Source of the DNA: Thermoanaerobaculia bacterium
GTDB taxonomy: Bacteria > Acidobacteriota > Thermoanaerobaculia > UBA5066
Direction of reading: 5' to 3'
DNA: 64,000 bases
NCBI GenBank assembly: GCA_963816185.1
Contig: CAWFJJ010000028.1
Location: 64,001-128,000, forward strand
The notes under the pieces are model-generated. The model saw only the letters and a list, made by a program, of their open reading frames with translations. It had not been told where the DNA came from and did no database searches. Positions 41,005 through 50,286 of the stretch are shown one piece after another (the stretch's first letter is position 1; every line of letters starts with the position of its first letter). The position numbers and the translations under genes are program-made.

Positions 41005-42322
41005 CGGTCCCGTCGTCGCGGTAGATTTTTCCGTCCTTCATGACGAAGCGGACCCGCTCGAGAACCTTCACGTCCTTCAGCGGGTCGCCGTCCACCGCGA
41101 CGACGTCTGCGAGCGCGCCCGGCGCGATGACGCCGAGCTCGCCGGAGTGTCCGAGCATCTCGGCGGCCTTCGACGTCGCCGCCTGGATCGCCTGCATCGG
41201 TGTCATCCCGAACTCGACCATACGGGGAAACTCCTGGGCGATCGGCTCGCTCCACGAGAAACCGCCGACGTCGGTCCCGAAGACGATCTTCACCCCGGCC
41301 TTGACGGCCTTCTCGAGCGACGGCCCGTGCAGGGCCGCGCGTTTGCGGTCGCGCTCGCCGGCCGGCGTTCCCGCGGGAGCCCACCCTTCGTAGTAGACGC
41401 TCATCGTCGGGCAGTACCAGGTGCCTTGCCGCACCATCTGCGCGACGGCCGCGTCGTCGAGCTCGAGTCCGTGCTCGATCGAGTCGCAGCCCCCGTCGAG
41501 GGCACGGCGGAGCCCCACGCCGTTGTAGGCGTGGCACGCGACCTTTCGCCCCCAGCCATGCGCCTCGTCCACGATCGCCCGGATCTCCTCGAGCGTGAGG
41601 GTCGGCTGCGAGACGAGGTTGCCCTGCCGATCCAGCCAGGAGCGGTGCGTCATGTAGACCTTGATCCAGTCGGCGCCGTGGTCGAGCTGCTCGCGCGCCG
41701 CCTTGCGCGCCTCGACCGGCCCATCCACGATCTGCACTCCCTTCGGCACCGTGATCTCGGGCGCGTAGCCCTCGAGCGGGTAGCCGCCTGTCGTCGAGAT
41801 CGCCCGCGTGACGACGAACATGCGCGGTCCCGGGATGTATCCCGCCTCGATGGCCTCCTTGATCCCGACGTCGCCGTAGCCCGCTCCTTCCGTCTCGACG
41901 TCCCGGATCGTCGTGAACCCCTGCTCGAGCGCGCGGCGCGCGGATACGGTCGCGCGCGCGGCCCGAAACGCCACCGGGTGCTTCAGGAGCTGAGCGTCGT
42001 AGCCGCCCTCGGCCGGGTCCTCGCCCTGCAGAAAGATGTGCGTGTGGCTGTCGATGAGGCCCGGCAGGACCGTGGATCGACCGAGGTCGACGATGCGCGC
42101 CCCTTCCGGCAGCTTCACCGTCGCGGCGTCGCCGACGCTCTCGATGCGATTCCCGCGCACGACGACGACCTGGTCCCTTCGGGGTGCGGTCGAGACCCCG
42201 TCGATCAGGACGCCGGCGCGGATCACGGTCGCGGCGGCCGCGGGCACCGCGGGCCCGGCGGCGATGAGCGGCGCTTCCGGGAGCACGAGACACAGGATGG
42301 CGGCGACGCGCGCGAGACGCAT
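40988..42322 (-). CDS. Secreted amidohydrolase (Xaa-Pro dipeptidase-like)
   Basis: Signal peptide; PGLIDSHTH, GADWIK, SIEHG, FGTD. Confidence 0.88.
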   Translation of the reverse strand: MRLARVAAILCLVLPEAPLIAAGPAVPAAAATVIRAGVLIDGVSTAPRRDQVVVVRGNRIESVGDAATVKLPEGARIVDLGRSTVLPGLIDSHTHIFLQGEDPAEGGYDAQLLKHPVAFRAARATVSARRALEQGFTTIRDVETEGAGYGDVGIKEAIEAGYIPGPRMFVVTRAISTTGGYPLEGYAPEITVPKGVQIVDGPVEARKAAREQLDHGADWIKVYMTHRSWLDRQGNLVSQPTLTLEEIRAIVDEAHGWGRKVACHAYNGVGLRRALDGGCDSIEHGLELDDAAVAQMVRQGTWYCPTMSVYYEGWAPAGTPAGERDRKRAALHGPSLEKAVKAGVKIVFGTDVGGFSWSEPIAQEFPRMVEFGMTPMQAIQAATSKAAEMLGHSGELGVIAPGALADVVAVDGDPLKDVKVLERVRFVMKDGKIYRDDGTVRPRD

Positions 42323-42479
42323 GCGACTCTCCTCCGGTGCGCGAGTCTTGCTCGATCACGCTTCGGACGCAATCGAGCGCCGGAGCCGGCCGACCGCGTT
42401 CCTCTCATTGCGGTGCGGTCTGCTTCTATACTGCGACCAGATCTCACATGACGAATGCACCGGCGCCGGGAGACTCCTG

Positions 42480-42917
42480 ATGAGCGATTCCGTGGATCCC
42501 CGCACACTCGACCTCTTCGAGACGAGCCTCGCGAGGTGCGAGGCGCGGCCGGACTTCCTGGACCTGTTCTACACGAAGTTCATGGCCTCGTCGCCCGAGG
42601 TCGCCGTGAAATTCGCGGGAACGGACTTCGTGCGGCAGAAGCGCGCCCTGAAAGCCTCCTTCCATCACCTTCTTCTCGTCGCTCAGGACCGCAAACAGAC
42701 GCCGGACGCGTATCTTTCGGACGTCGCGACGCGCCATGGATCCGGGCAGCTCAGGATCGGAGCCAGCCTCTACGACTTCTGGCTCGACAGCCTTCTCGAG
42801 ACCGTGAAGGAGCGCGATCCGGAGTGGTCCCTCGAGGTCGACCACGCGTGGGAGGCCGTCATGATGGTCGGCATCCACTATCTCTGCCAGAGCTACCACG
42901 GCCGGCACGGGACGTGA
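42480..42917 (+). CDS. Single-domain globin
   Basis: FYTKF..SSPEV..KF..TDF.RQ, proximal H (ATRH), LYDFWLDSLL. Confidence 0.8.
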   Translation: MSDSVDPRTLDLFETSLARCEARPDFLDLFYTKFMASSPEVAVKFAGTDFVRQKRALKASFHHLLLVAQDRKQTPDAYLSDVATRHGSGQLRIGASLYDFWLDSLLETVKERDPEWSLEVDHAWEAVMMVGIHYLCQSYHGRHGT

Positions 42918-44146
42918 CGGCCGTTCTCGCCGTCATAGCCTTTCTCTGGCTGCTCCGCGCGGCGAACGTCGCGCTGAGCTTTGCCCTGATTCCCCGGCTC
43001 GCGCCGGCGCCCCGGAGAGAGGCCGGCGTACCCTTCGTGTCGATCGTCGTTCCGGCGCGAAACGAAGAGCGCGACGTCGGGGACGCGACGCGCAGCAAGT
43101 GCATGCAGGACGACCCGTCCTTCGAGGTCGTCGTCGTGGACGACCGGTCCTCGGACGGCACGCGCCGCATCCTCGCGGGCCTCGAGCGCGAATTCCCGAA
43201 GGTCCTCTCGGTCGTCGACGGAGTCGAGCCGCCGCCCGACTGGCTCGGCAAGCCGCACGCGCTGGACGAGGGGGCACGTGCGGCACGCGCGCGGGCGTCC
43301 TCCGAATGGCTGATCTTCTCGGACGCCGACGTGCACTTCGCGCCGGACCTCCTGGCCCGCGCATTCACGCACGCGGAGCGCGAGCGCCTCGACTTCCTGA
43401 GCCTATTCCCGGCGCTCGAGATGAAGTCGTTCGGGGAGAGGCTCATGACGCCGTCCGATCGCGAACGTCGGGTTCTGCTACCTGCCCGGCTGGCTGATGA
43501 ATCGTTCCGCGGGCGCGCTCCTTCGGCGGGGGAGCAGGCGTCTTCAACCTCGTACGACGTGACCTCTTCGACAGGATCGGCGGGCACGCGGCCCTGAGAG
43601 AGCTCGGTCGTCGACGACATCCAGCTCGGCCGCAACGCGCGATTGGCCGGCGGCCGGACCGGAGGCGCGTGGGCGCTCGACGCCGTCTCCGTGCGCATGT
43701 ACCACGGCTTTCGGGAGACCGCGAAAGGGTTCGCCAAGAACGGCTATTACGGAATTGGCGCAAACGTGCCCGCGGCGGTGCTTTGCCTTCTGCTGTTTTT
43801 CTTAGAAGGTGAATTGGCATACGGCGTACTCGCCGGTGGCGCGCTCGAGTGGGGTGCACGGCACGCCGGCGCTGCGGGCGCGGCATTTTCCGACAGCCGC
43901 GTCCTCGCACCCGCCCTGTTCACTTTCAAAGAAATCCTCTTCTCCTTCTTGATTGTCGCGCTGACGCTTCTCGTGCGCGGGGCTCTGCACATGAAGCTCC
44001 GTTATTCGTGGCTCGGAGTCGTCCTGCATCCCGTATGGATCGCCGCGGTCACCGGCATTTTCGCGTGGTCGACGTTCGTGAACGGCGTGCTCGGGAGGAA
44101 CGAGTGGCGCGGGCGCGTGCGCGACGCCGGGACGCTCGAGTTCTGA
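42914..44146 (+). CDS. GT2 membrane glycosyltransferase (HpnB/CrtQ-like), frameshifts 43450-43600
   Basis: VPARNEE, VDDRSSDGT, WLGKPHA, FSDAD; GGH and VVDD appear in shifted frames; MYHG and WRGR at the C-terminus. Confidence 0.78.
43796..43950. repeat. Paired inverted motif locus J
   Basis: TTTTTCTTAGAAGGTGAA (core 43799) ... TTCACTTTCAAAGAAAT (core 43925), then a CT tract. Confidence 0.8.
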
Positions 44147-44213
44147 GCCTGGCCGCCGTCGGCCGGCCGGCCGTGGAGTATTCTTCGGCCGCTTTCGACA
44201 ATCGGAGGTCTTC

Positions 44214-45461
44214 GTGGAGCGATTCACCGGACTGATCGGTCTGACGGTCGTGCTCGTCGTGGCGCTCGCCCTTTCGAAGAACCGGCGAGCGATCCGCTGG
44301 CGCACCGTCGGCTGGGCATTCGCGCTCCAGATGGCCTTCGGGCTCGTCGTTCTCTACTGGGAGCGCGGCAAGCAGGCGCTGGAGTCGTTCTCGAACGGCG
44401 TCTCGCAGGCCATCGCGTTCGCCGACCAGGGCTCGGGCTTCCTCTTCGGATGGCTCGCAGGACCGATGGACGCGCTCGGCGAGAAGACGGGAATGCCGTA
44501 CAGGGGCTTCATCTTCGCGTTCAAGGTGCTCCCGATCATCATCTTCATCTGCGCGTTCTTCTCGATCCTCTACCACTTCGGCATCATCCAGGTGATCGTG
44601 AGGGGCATGGCGTGGGGGATGCAGAAGACGATGAAGGTCTCGGGCGCCGAGGCGCTGTGCGTGGCGGCGAACGTCTTCATCGGCCAGACGGAGGCGCCCG
44701 TTCTGATCGCGCCCTACATCGCGACGATGACGACGTCCGAGCTTCTCACGATGATGACGGGGGGGATGGCGCACGTGTCGGGCGCGGTCATGCTGGCCTA
44801 CGTGACGATGGGGGCGCCGCTGAAGTACCTCATCACGGCTTCCGTGATGGCGGCCCCGGGCACGTTTCTCATCTCGAAGATCCTGTGGCCCGAGACCGAG
44901 ACGCCCACCACGATGGGCACGGTGAAGATGCAGGTCGAGAAGACGAGCGCGAACTTCATCGACGCGGCGGCGAGCGGCGCCTCGCAGGGCATGATGCTCG
45001 TCCTCAACATCTCGGCGATGCTCATTTCCTTCGTGGCGCTCATCGCGATGCTGAACGGGTTCCTCGGGTGGGCCGGGCACTTCTGGGGCGATCCGGCCTT
45101 CTCCCTCCAGACGATCTTCGGATGGGTGCTGGGGCCGCTCGCCTGGAGCCTGGGGGCGCCGAAACAGGACATGGCGACCGTGGGCAATCTCATCGCGAAC
45201 AAGACCGTCATCAACGAGTTCTTCGCCTTCTCGATGATGAAGGACGTCGTCGGCTCGCTTTCGGAGAAGGGAAAGGTCATCGCGACCTTCGCCTTGTGCG
45301 GCTTCGCGAACTTCTCGTCGATCGGCATCCAGATCGGCGGGATCGGCGGTCTCGCGCCGTCGCGCAAATCCGACCTCGCGCGGCTCGGCTTCCGCGCGCT
45401 TCTGGCCGGATCGCTCGTGAGCTTCATGACGGCCGCGATCGCCGGCATCCTGATGAGCTAG
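44214..45461 (+). CDS. nupC: CNT-family nucleoside transporter
   Basis: FIGQTEAP, NEFFAF, ALCGFANFSSIGI. Confidence 0.93.
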   Translation: MERFTGLIGLTVVLVVALALSKNRRAIRWRTVGWAFALQMAFGLVVLYWERGKQALESFSNGVSQAIAFADQGSGFLFGWLAGPMDALGEKTGMPYRGFIFAFKVLPIIIFICAFFSILYHFGIIQVIVRGMAWGMQKTMKVSGAEALCVAANVFIGQTEAPVLIAPYIATMTTSELLTMMTGGMAHVSGAVMLAYVTMGAPLKYLITASVMAAPGTFLISKILWPETETPTTMGTVKMQVEKTSANFIDAAASGASQGMMLVLNISAMLISFVALIAMLNGFLGWAGHFWGDPAFSLQTIFGWVLGPLAWSLGAPKQDMATVGNLIANKTVINEFFAFSMMKDVVGSLSEKGKVIATFALCGFANFSSIGIQIGGIGGLAPSRKSDLARLGFRALLAGSLVSFMTAAIAGILMS

Positions 45462-45471
45462 GAGGCACGCC

Positions 45472-46368
45472 ATGGATTCCAGGCTCTCGGCCGCCGCGGA
45501 GTGGCTGCGCGGGCGGCTCCCACACCCGCCGCTCGTCGGCGTCATCCTGGGCTCGGGCCTCGGCGACTTCGCCGACGGCGTCGACGAGCGCATCACGATC
45601 CCGTACGGAGACATCCCGGGATTTCCGGCGTCGGCCGTGATCGGGCACGCGGGGACGTTCGTGGCGGGCACGGTGCGGGGCGTGCCGACGGTCGTCCTCT
45701 CCGGGCGCGTCCACTATTACGAGGGCCACCCCATGCCGGCCGTCGTCTTTCCGGCACGCGTCCTCGGTCTTCTCGGCTGCCGAACGGTCATCGTGACGAA
45801 TGCCGCCGGCGGCATCGACAGGAGTTTCAAGTCCGGCAACCTCATGCTCATCGAGGATCACATCAACCTGTTCGGCACGAATCCCCTCGTGGGCGTGAAC
45901 GACGAGGACCTCGGGCCGCGCTTTCCCGACATGTCGGACGCCTACCGCAAGGACCTCCGCTCTCTCGCGCTCGCCGTCGCGAAACGGCAGCGAATCGCGC
46001 TGAAACACGGCGTCTATGTCGGAGTTCACGGCCCCTCGTACGAGACGCCGGCCGAGATCCGGGCTCTTCGCACCTGGGGTGCGGATGCGGTCGGCATGTC
46101 CACGGTGCCCGAAGTCATCGCGCTCAACCAGATGGGAGTCGGCGTTCTCGGCATCTCGTGCATCACGAACATGGCCGCCGGCGTGCTGAAGCAGAAGCTC
46201 GACCACCGGGAAGTTCTCGAGACGACGCAGCGGGTGAAAGGAGATTTCGTCCGCCTTCTGACCTTCCTCGTCCAGGCGCTCGGGACCGGGCGATCGGGAG
46301 CGACGGAAGACGCGTTCGTTCCGGCCTCGCGCGCCGTGGGTCGCGGGAAAAAGGCGAAGAAGAAGTGA
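45472..46368 (+). CDS. punA: Purine nucleoside phosphorylase (trimeric)
   Basis: ILGSGLG, GRVHYYEG, GPSYETPAE, VGMSTVPE. Confidence 0.94.
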   Translation: MDSRLSAAAEWLRGRLPHPPLVGVILGSGLGDFADGVDERITIPYGDIPGFPASAVIGHAGTFVAGTVRGVPTVVLSGRVHYYEGHPMPAVVFPARVLGLLGCRTVIVTNAAGGIDRSFKSGNLMLIEDHINLFGTNPLVGVNDEDLGPRFPDMSDAYRKDLRSLALAVAKRQRIALKHGVYVGVHGPSYETPAEIRALRTWGADAVGMSTVPEVIALNQMGVGVLGISCITNMAAGVLKQKLDHREVLETTQRVKGDFVRLLTFLVQALGTGRSGATEDAFVPASRAVGRGKKAKKK

Positions 46369-46785
46369 GCGCGACGCGGCCCCTCACGGCGGACGAGGAA
46401 AAGCGCCTCGTCGACGCGGCGCGGAAGGCGCGGGAAAACGCTTCGGCCCCGTACTCGGGTTTTCTGGTCGGCGCCGCGCTGCTCGCGGAGGACGGCACGA
46501 TCTTCGGCGGCTGCAACGTCGAATCCGCGTCGTACGGCCTGACCGTCTGCGGCGAGCGGACGGCCGTGTTCAAGGCGATCTCGGAGGGAGCGCGGAAGTT
46601 CCGCGCCGTCGCCGTCGTGACGGACTCCGATCCGCCCGCGTCACCCTGCGGCGCGTGCCGGCAGGTGCTCTGGGACCAGTGCCGGGACATCGACGTGATT
46701 CTCGCGACGCCCGCGCGCGTCGTGAGCCGCATGCGGCTCTCGACGCTGCTCCCGCTGGCTTTCGAGTTCGGGGGGTCCGAAGTGA
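46365..46785 (+). CDS. cdd: Cytidine deaminase (homotetrameric); stop reached only with a 1-nt correction in the G run at 46770
   Basis: APYSGFLVGAAL, NVESASYGLTVCGER, PCGACRQ, LLPLAF. Confidence 0.88.
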
Positions 46786-48240
46786 GATGCGCCTCGGTCA
46801 TTGCTTCGGTCTGGGCCGCCGTCATCCTCGCGGCACCGCCGCTTGCGGCTGCCGAACCCGCCCACGCGGCTTCTAAGAAATCCCCGGTTTCCCGGGTCTC
46901 TTCGGTCGATACCCTCGATCACGGCCGCGCACGTCCTGACGATGGACGGCTCGGATCGCGTCTTTTCTCCCGGTGCGGTGGCGATCAAGGGCGGCGCGAT
47001 CGTCGCGGTCGGCGCTCCGTCAGATCTCCTTCGTCTCTATTCTCCGAAGCAGAGGATTTCCCGTGCCCATTCGGTCGTCCTGCCGGGGCTGATCAACACG
47101 CACACGCACGCCGCGATGAACCTGCTGCGCGGCATCGCGGACGACCTCCCGCTCATGGACTGGCTGACGAAGTTCATCTTTCCGGCCGAGGCGAAGAACG
47201 TCTCGCCCGGCTTCGTGAAGGCCGGAACGCTCCTCGCGTGCGCGGAGATGGTCCGCGGCGGCACGACGACGTTCGCCGACATGTACTACTACGAATCGGA
47301 CGTCGCGGCGGCGGTGGACACGTGCGGGATGCGCGCCGTCCTGGGCGAGACGTGGCTCGACTTCCCCGTACCCGACCACAAGGACCTCGCCGATTCGATC
47401 AAGGTGACCCGCGCCTTCCTCGAGAAATGGAAGGGCCACCCGCGCATCATCGCGGCCGTCGCCCCGCACGCGCCGTATACGAACGCGAAGGAGTCTCTCC
47501 AGGCTGCGAAGGCTCTTGCGGACGAGTTTCACGCCCCGCTCCTCATTCACCTTTCCGAAACACGCGACGAGCAGAAGCAGCTCGCGGGGAAGTATGGGAC
47601 GACGCCCACGAACTGGCTCGAATCGATCGGCTTCCTGGGTCCGAACGTCCTCGCGGCCCACTGCGTCTGGTGCGACGCGGACGACCTCCGCCTCCTTTCC
47701 GAGCGGCACGTCGGCCTCTCGCACAACCCCGAGTCGAACATGAAGCTCGGGTCCGGGGTCGCGCCCGTCGTGGCGGCGCGTCGCGTCGGCATCGCCGTCG
47801 GCCTCGGGACGGACGGCGTCGCGGGCTCGAACAACGACCTCGACATGTGGGAGGCGATGGACTTCGCCGGGAAGCTCGCGAAAGTCTCTTCGATGGACCC
47901 GACGGTGCTGCCGGCGAGAGACCTCCTCCGGATGGCGACGATCGAGGGCGCGCGGGCGATGAAGATGGACGATCGCATCGGCTCGCTCGAGAGGGGGAAG
48001 CGAGCGGATCTCGTGGCGGTGGACCTCGTCCGGGCGGGGACGCAACCCGTGTGGGACCTGTTCTCGACCCTCGTCTACGTCGTCAAGGAAAGTGACGTCT
48101 CGCTCACGATGGTGGAAGGACGCGTCCTCTGGGACGGCAAACGCGTCACGTCTCTCGACGAGGCGAAGGTCATCCGGGACGCCGAGGCGTGGCGGAAGAG
48201 GATCGCGGCGTCGCTCACGGCGCCCGCCGCGGCGAAATGA
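46782..48240 (+). CDS. MtaD/DadD-like nucleoside deaminase (amidohydrolase) with signal-like N-terminus, frameshift near 46918
   Basis: PGLINTHTH, APHAPYT, HLSET, HNPESNMKL, LGTDG. Confidence 0.85.
46866..46882. repeat. Motif locus K (right-arm core only)
   Basis: TTCTAAGAAAT at 46871, encoding SKKS. Confidence 0.5.
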
Positions 48241-49547
48241 GCCTCTTCGTCCGGACGATCGTGAAGAAGCGCGACGGCGGCGAGCTGTCGGAAGGCGAGA
48301 TCGGCGCGTTCGTCACAGGCGTTACGGACGGCACGATCACCGACGAGCAGGCGGCCGCGTTCCTCATGGCGGTCTGCTGCCGGGGAATGACGACCGCCGA
48401 GGCGGCCGCTCTGACGTTCGCGATGATGAGGTCGGGAGAGACCTGGGATCTGACGCGGCACGGCTTCGTCGCGGACAAGCACTCGACGGGTGGCGTGGGC
48501 GACAAGGTCACGCTCGTCCTCGCGCCGCTCCTCGCCGCGGTCGGCGTCAGGGCCGGCATGATGTCGGGGCGCGGCCTCGGTCACACGGGCGGCACGCTCG
48601 ACAAGCTCGAGGCGATCCCCGGGTTCCGGACGGCGCTGCCGAAGGCGGAATTCGACCGCCTCCTCGACACCGTCGGGTGCGCGCTCATCGGCCAGACCGA
48701 CTCGATCGCTCCCGCCGATCGGCGCCTCTACGCGCTGCGCGACGTGACGGGCACGGTCGAATCGATCCCTCTCATCACCGCGTCGATCCTTTCCAAGAAG
48801 CTCGCCACCGGTGCCTCCGCCGTCGTTTTCGACGTGAAGACCGGAAACGGCGCGTTCATGGCGGATCCGAAGGACGCCGAGCGACTCGGCAAGGCGCTCG
48901 TCGAGACGACGCGTGCGACGGGCCGCAAGGCCTCCGGCTACCTGACCGCGATGGATCGCCCTCTCGGCGAGGCCGTCGGAAATGCGAACGAAGTCGAAGA
49001 GTCGATCCGCATGCTCGGCGGGGAAGGGCCGGCCGACCTGCGCGAGAACGTGCTTCTCCTTGGCGCGGACCTCGTTCTCGCCGCTGGTCTCGAGACGAGT
49101 CCGAAGGAGGCGCGGAGGCGGCTCAACGCCGCTCTGTCCGACGGCCGAGCTCTGGAGGTCTTCCGGAAGGTCGTCGCGGCACAGGGCGGCGACGCGGGCG
49201 TCTGCGACGATCCGAAGCGGCTCCCACAGCCCGTTTCGCGGCGCGAGGTCCCGGCGCCTGCCTCAGGCGTGGTCGCCCGCATCGCGACGCGCGAAATCGG
49301 GCTCCTCGCGATCGAGCTTGGCTGCGGCCGCTCGAAGAGAGATGACGTCATCGATCCGGCTTCCGGCTTCCGCGTGAAGAAGAAGCCCGGTGATGGCGTA
49401 GAGAAGGGCGAGCCTCTCCTCGTCGTGGAGCTCGGTAAGGCCGCGAAACCGAACGCGACCTTCTACGATCGGCTCGCGGCCTGCTTCGCGATCGGTCCCG
49501 CCGGAACAAGAGTCGAGCCGCTGCCGTTCGTCGTGGGGACGCTCTGA
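48237..49547 (+). CDS. pdp: Pyrimidine-nucleoside/thymidine phosphorylase
   Basis: KKRDG, DKHSTGGVGDK, SGRGLGHTGGTLDKLE. Confidence 0.94.
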   Translation: MSLFVRTIVKKRDGGELSEGEIGAFVTGVTDGTITDEQAAAFLMAVCCRGMTTAEAAALTFAMMRSGETWDLTRHGFVADKHSTGGVGDKVTLVLAPLLAAVGVRAGMMSGRGLGHTGGTLDKLEAIPGFRTALPKAEFDRLLDTVGCALIGQTDSIAPADRRLYALRDVTGTVESIPLITASILSKKLATGASAVVFDVKTGNGAFMADPKDAERLGKALVETTRATGRKASGYLTAMDRPLGEAVGNANEVEESIRMLGGEGPADLRENVLLLGADLVLAAGLETSPKEARRRLNAALSDGRALEVFRKVVAAQGGDAGVCDDPKRLPQPVSRREVPAPASGVVARIATREIGLLAIELGCGRSKRDDVIDPASGFRVKKKPGDGVEKGEPLLVVELGKAAKPNATFYDRLAACFAIGPAGTRVEPLPFVVGTL

Positions 49548-49554
49548 GGCGGCC

Positions 49555-49583
49555 TTGAATTTTTGTGCTACAGATAGCACAAT
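49555..49583 (+). promoter_or_regulatory. TA promoter TTGAAT-N17-CACAAT with operator TTGTGCTA-CAGA-TAGCACAA
   Basis: Perfect 8-bp inverted repeat 49563-49582 between the -35 and -10 boxes. Confidence 0.75.
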
Positions 49584-49589
49584 GTCGTC

Positions 49590-49826
49590 ATGAAGAAGGC
49601 GGGAATCCGGGAGGCGCGCCAGGACCTCTCGGTGCTCATCGAGGACGTCAAAAAAGGGCGCGAGATCGTCATCACGGACCGCGGGCGGCCCGTGGCGCGG
49701 CTCGTCCCGGCGTCCCGTCTCTCCTCTGGAGCATTTCCGGACCTCTCGGCATTCCGGCGCACGATGCCGCGGCTGACCCCGGCACTCTCCCGTTCCATCT
49801 CGCGCGATCGTGGCGACCGCCTCTAG
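49590..49826 (+). CDS. Phd/YefM antitoxin
   Basis: IREARQDLS...GREIVITDRGRPVARL. Confidence 0.9.
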   Translation: MKKAGIREARQDLSVLIEDVKKGREIVITDRGRPVARLVPASRLSSGAFPDLSAFRRTMPRLTPALSRSISRDRGDRL

Positions 49827-50286
49827 ACGCCGGCCGGGGCCGCTCCTCGCGGGCCCGCTCTATTTGGACGCGAGCGCTTTGGTCAAGCTCTACCTCCCGG
49901 AGCCCGAGAGCGACGACTTGAACCGCCTCCTCATGGGACGCCACGACGTCGTGGTTTCGGACCTGGCCATCACCGAGATCGTGTCTTCCCTTTGTCGGCG
50001 GCGCCGAGAGGGCTCGCTGACGACGGCCGTCGTGTCGCGCCTGCACCGCGCGCTCCTCGGGCACATCGAGGTGGGTCTTTACCGCCGTTTCGAGCTGATT
50101 CCCGCGGCCCATCGAGAGGCGGAGAGGCTCCTGATCTCCGTGGGGACTGTCCCCCTTCGGGCTTTGGACGCTCTCCACCTGGCGCTGGCGCTCGGCGCCG
50201 AGGCGGCCTCTCTTTTGACCTGGGATCAGCGCCTGGGCGCGGCTGCCCGGGCGGTCGGCCTAGGCGTCTTTCCGGAAGGCGCATGA
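49810..50286 (+). CDS. vapC: VapC PIN-domain toxin
   Basis: YLDASALVKLY, LRALDALHLA, TWDQRL. Confidence 0.9.
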   Translation: MATASRRRPGPLLAGPLYLDASALVKLYLPEPESDDLNRLLMGRHDVVVSDLAITEIVSSLCRRRREGSLTTAVVSRLHRALLGHIEVGLYRRFELIPAAHREAERLLISVGTVPLRALDALHLALALGAEAASLLTWDQRLGAAARAVGLGVFPEGA

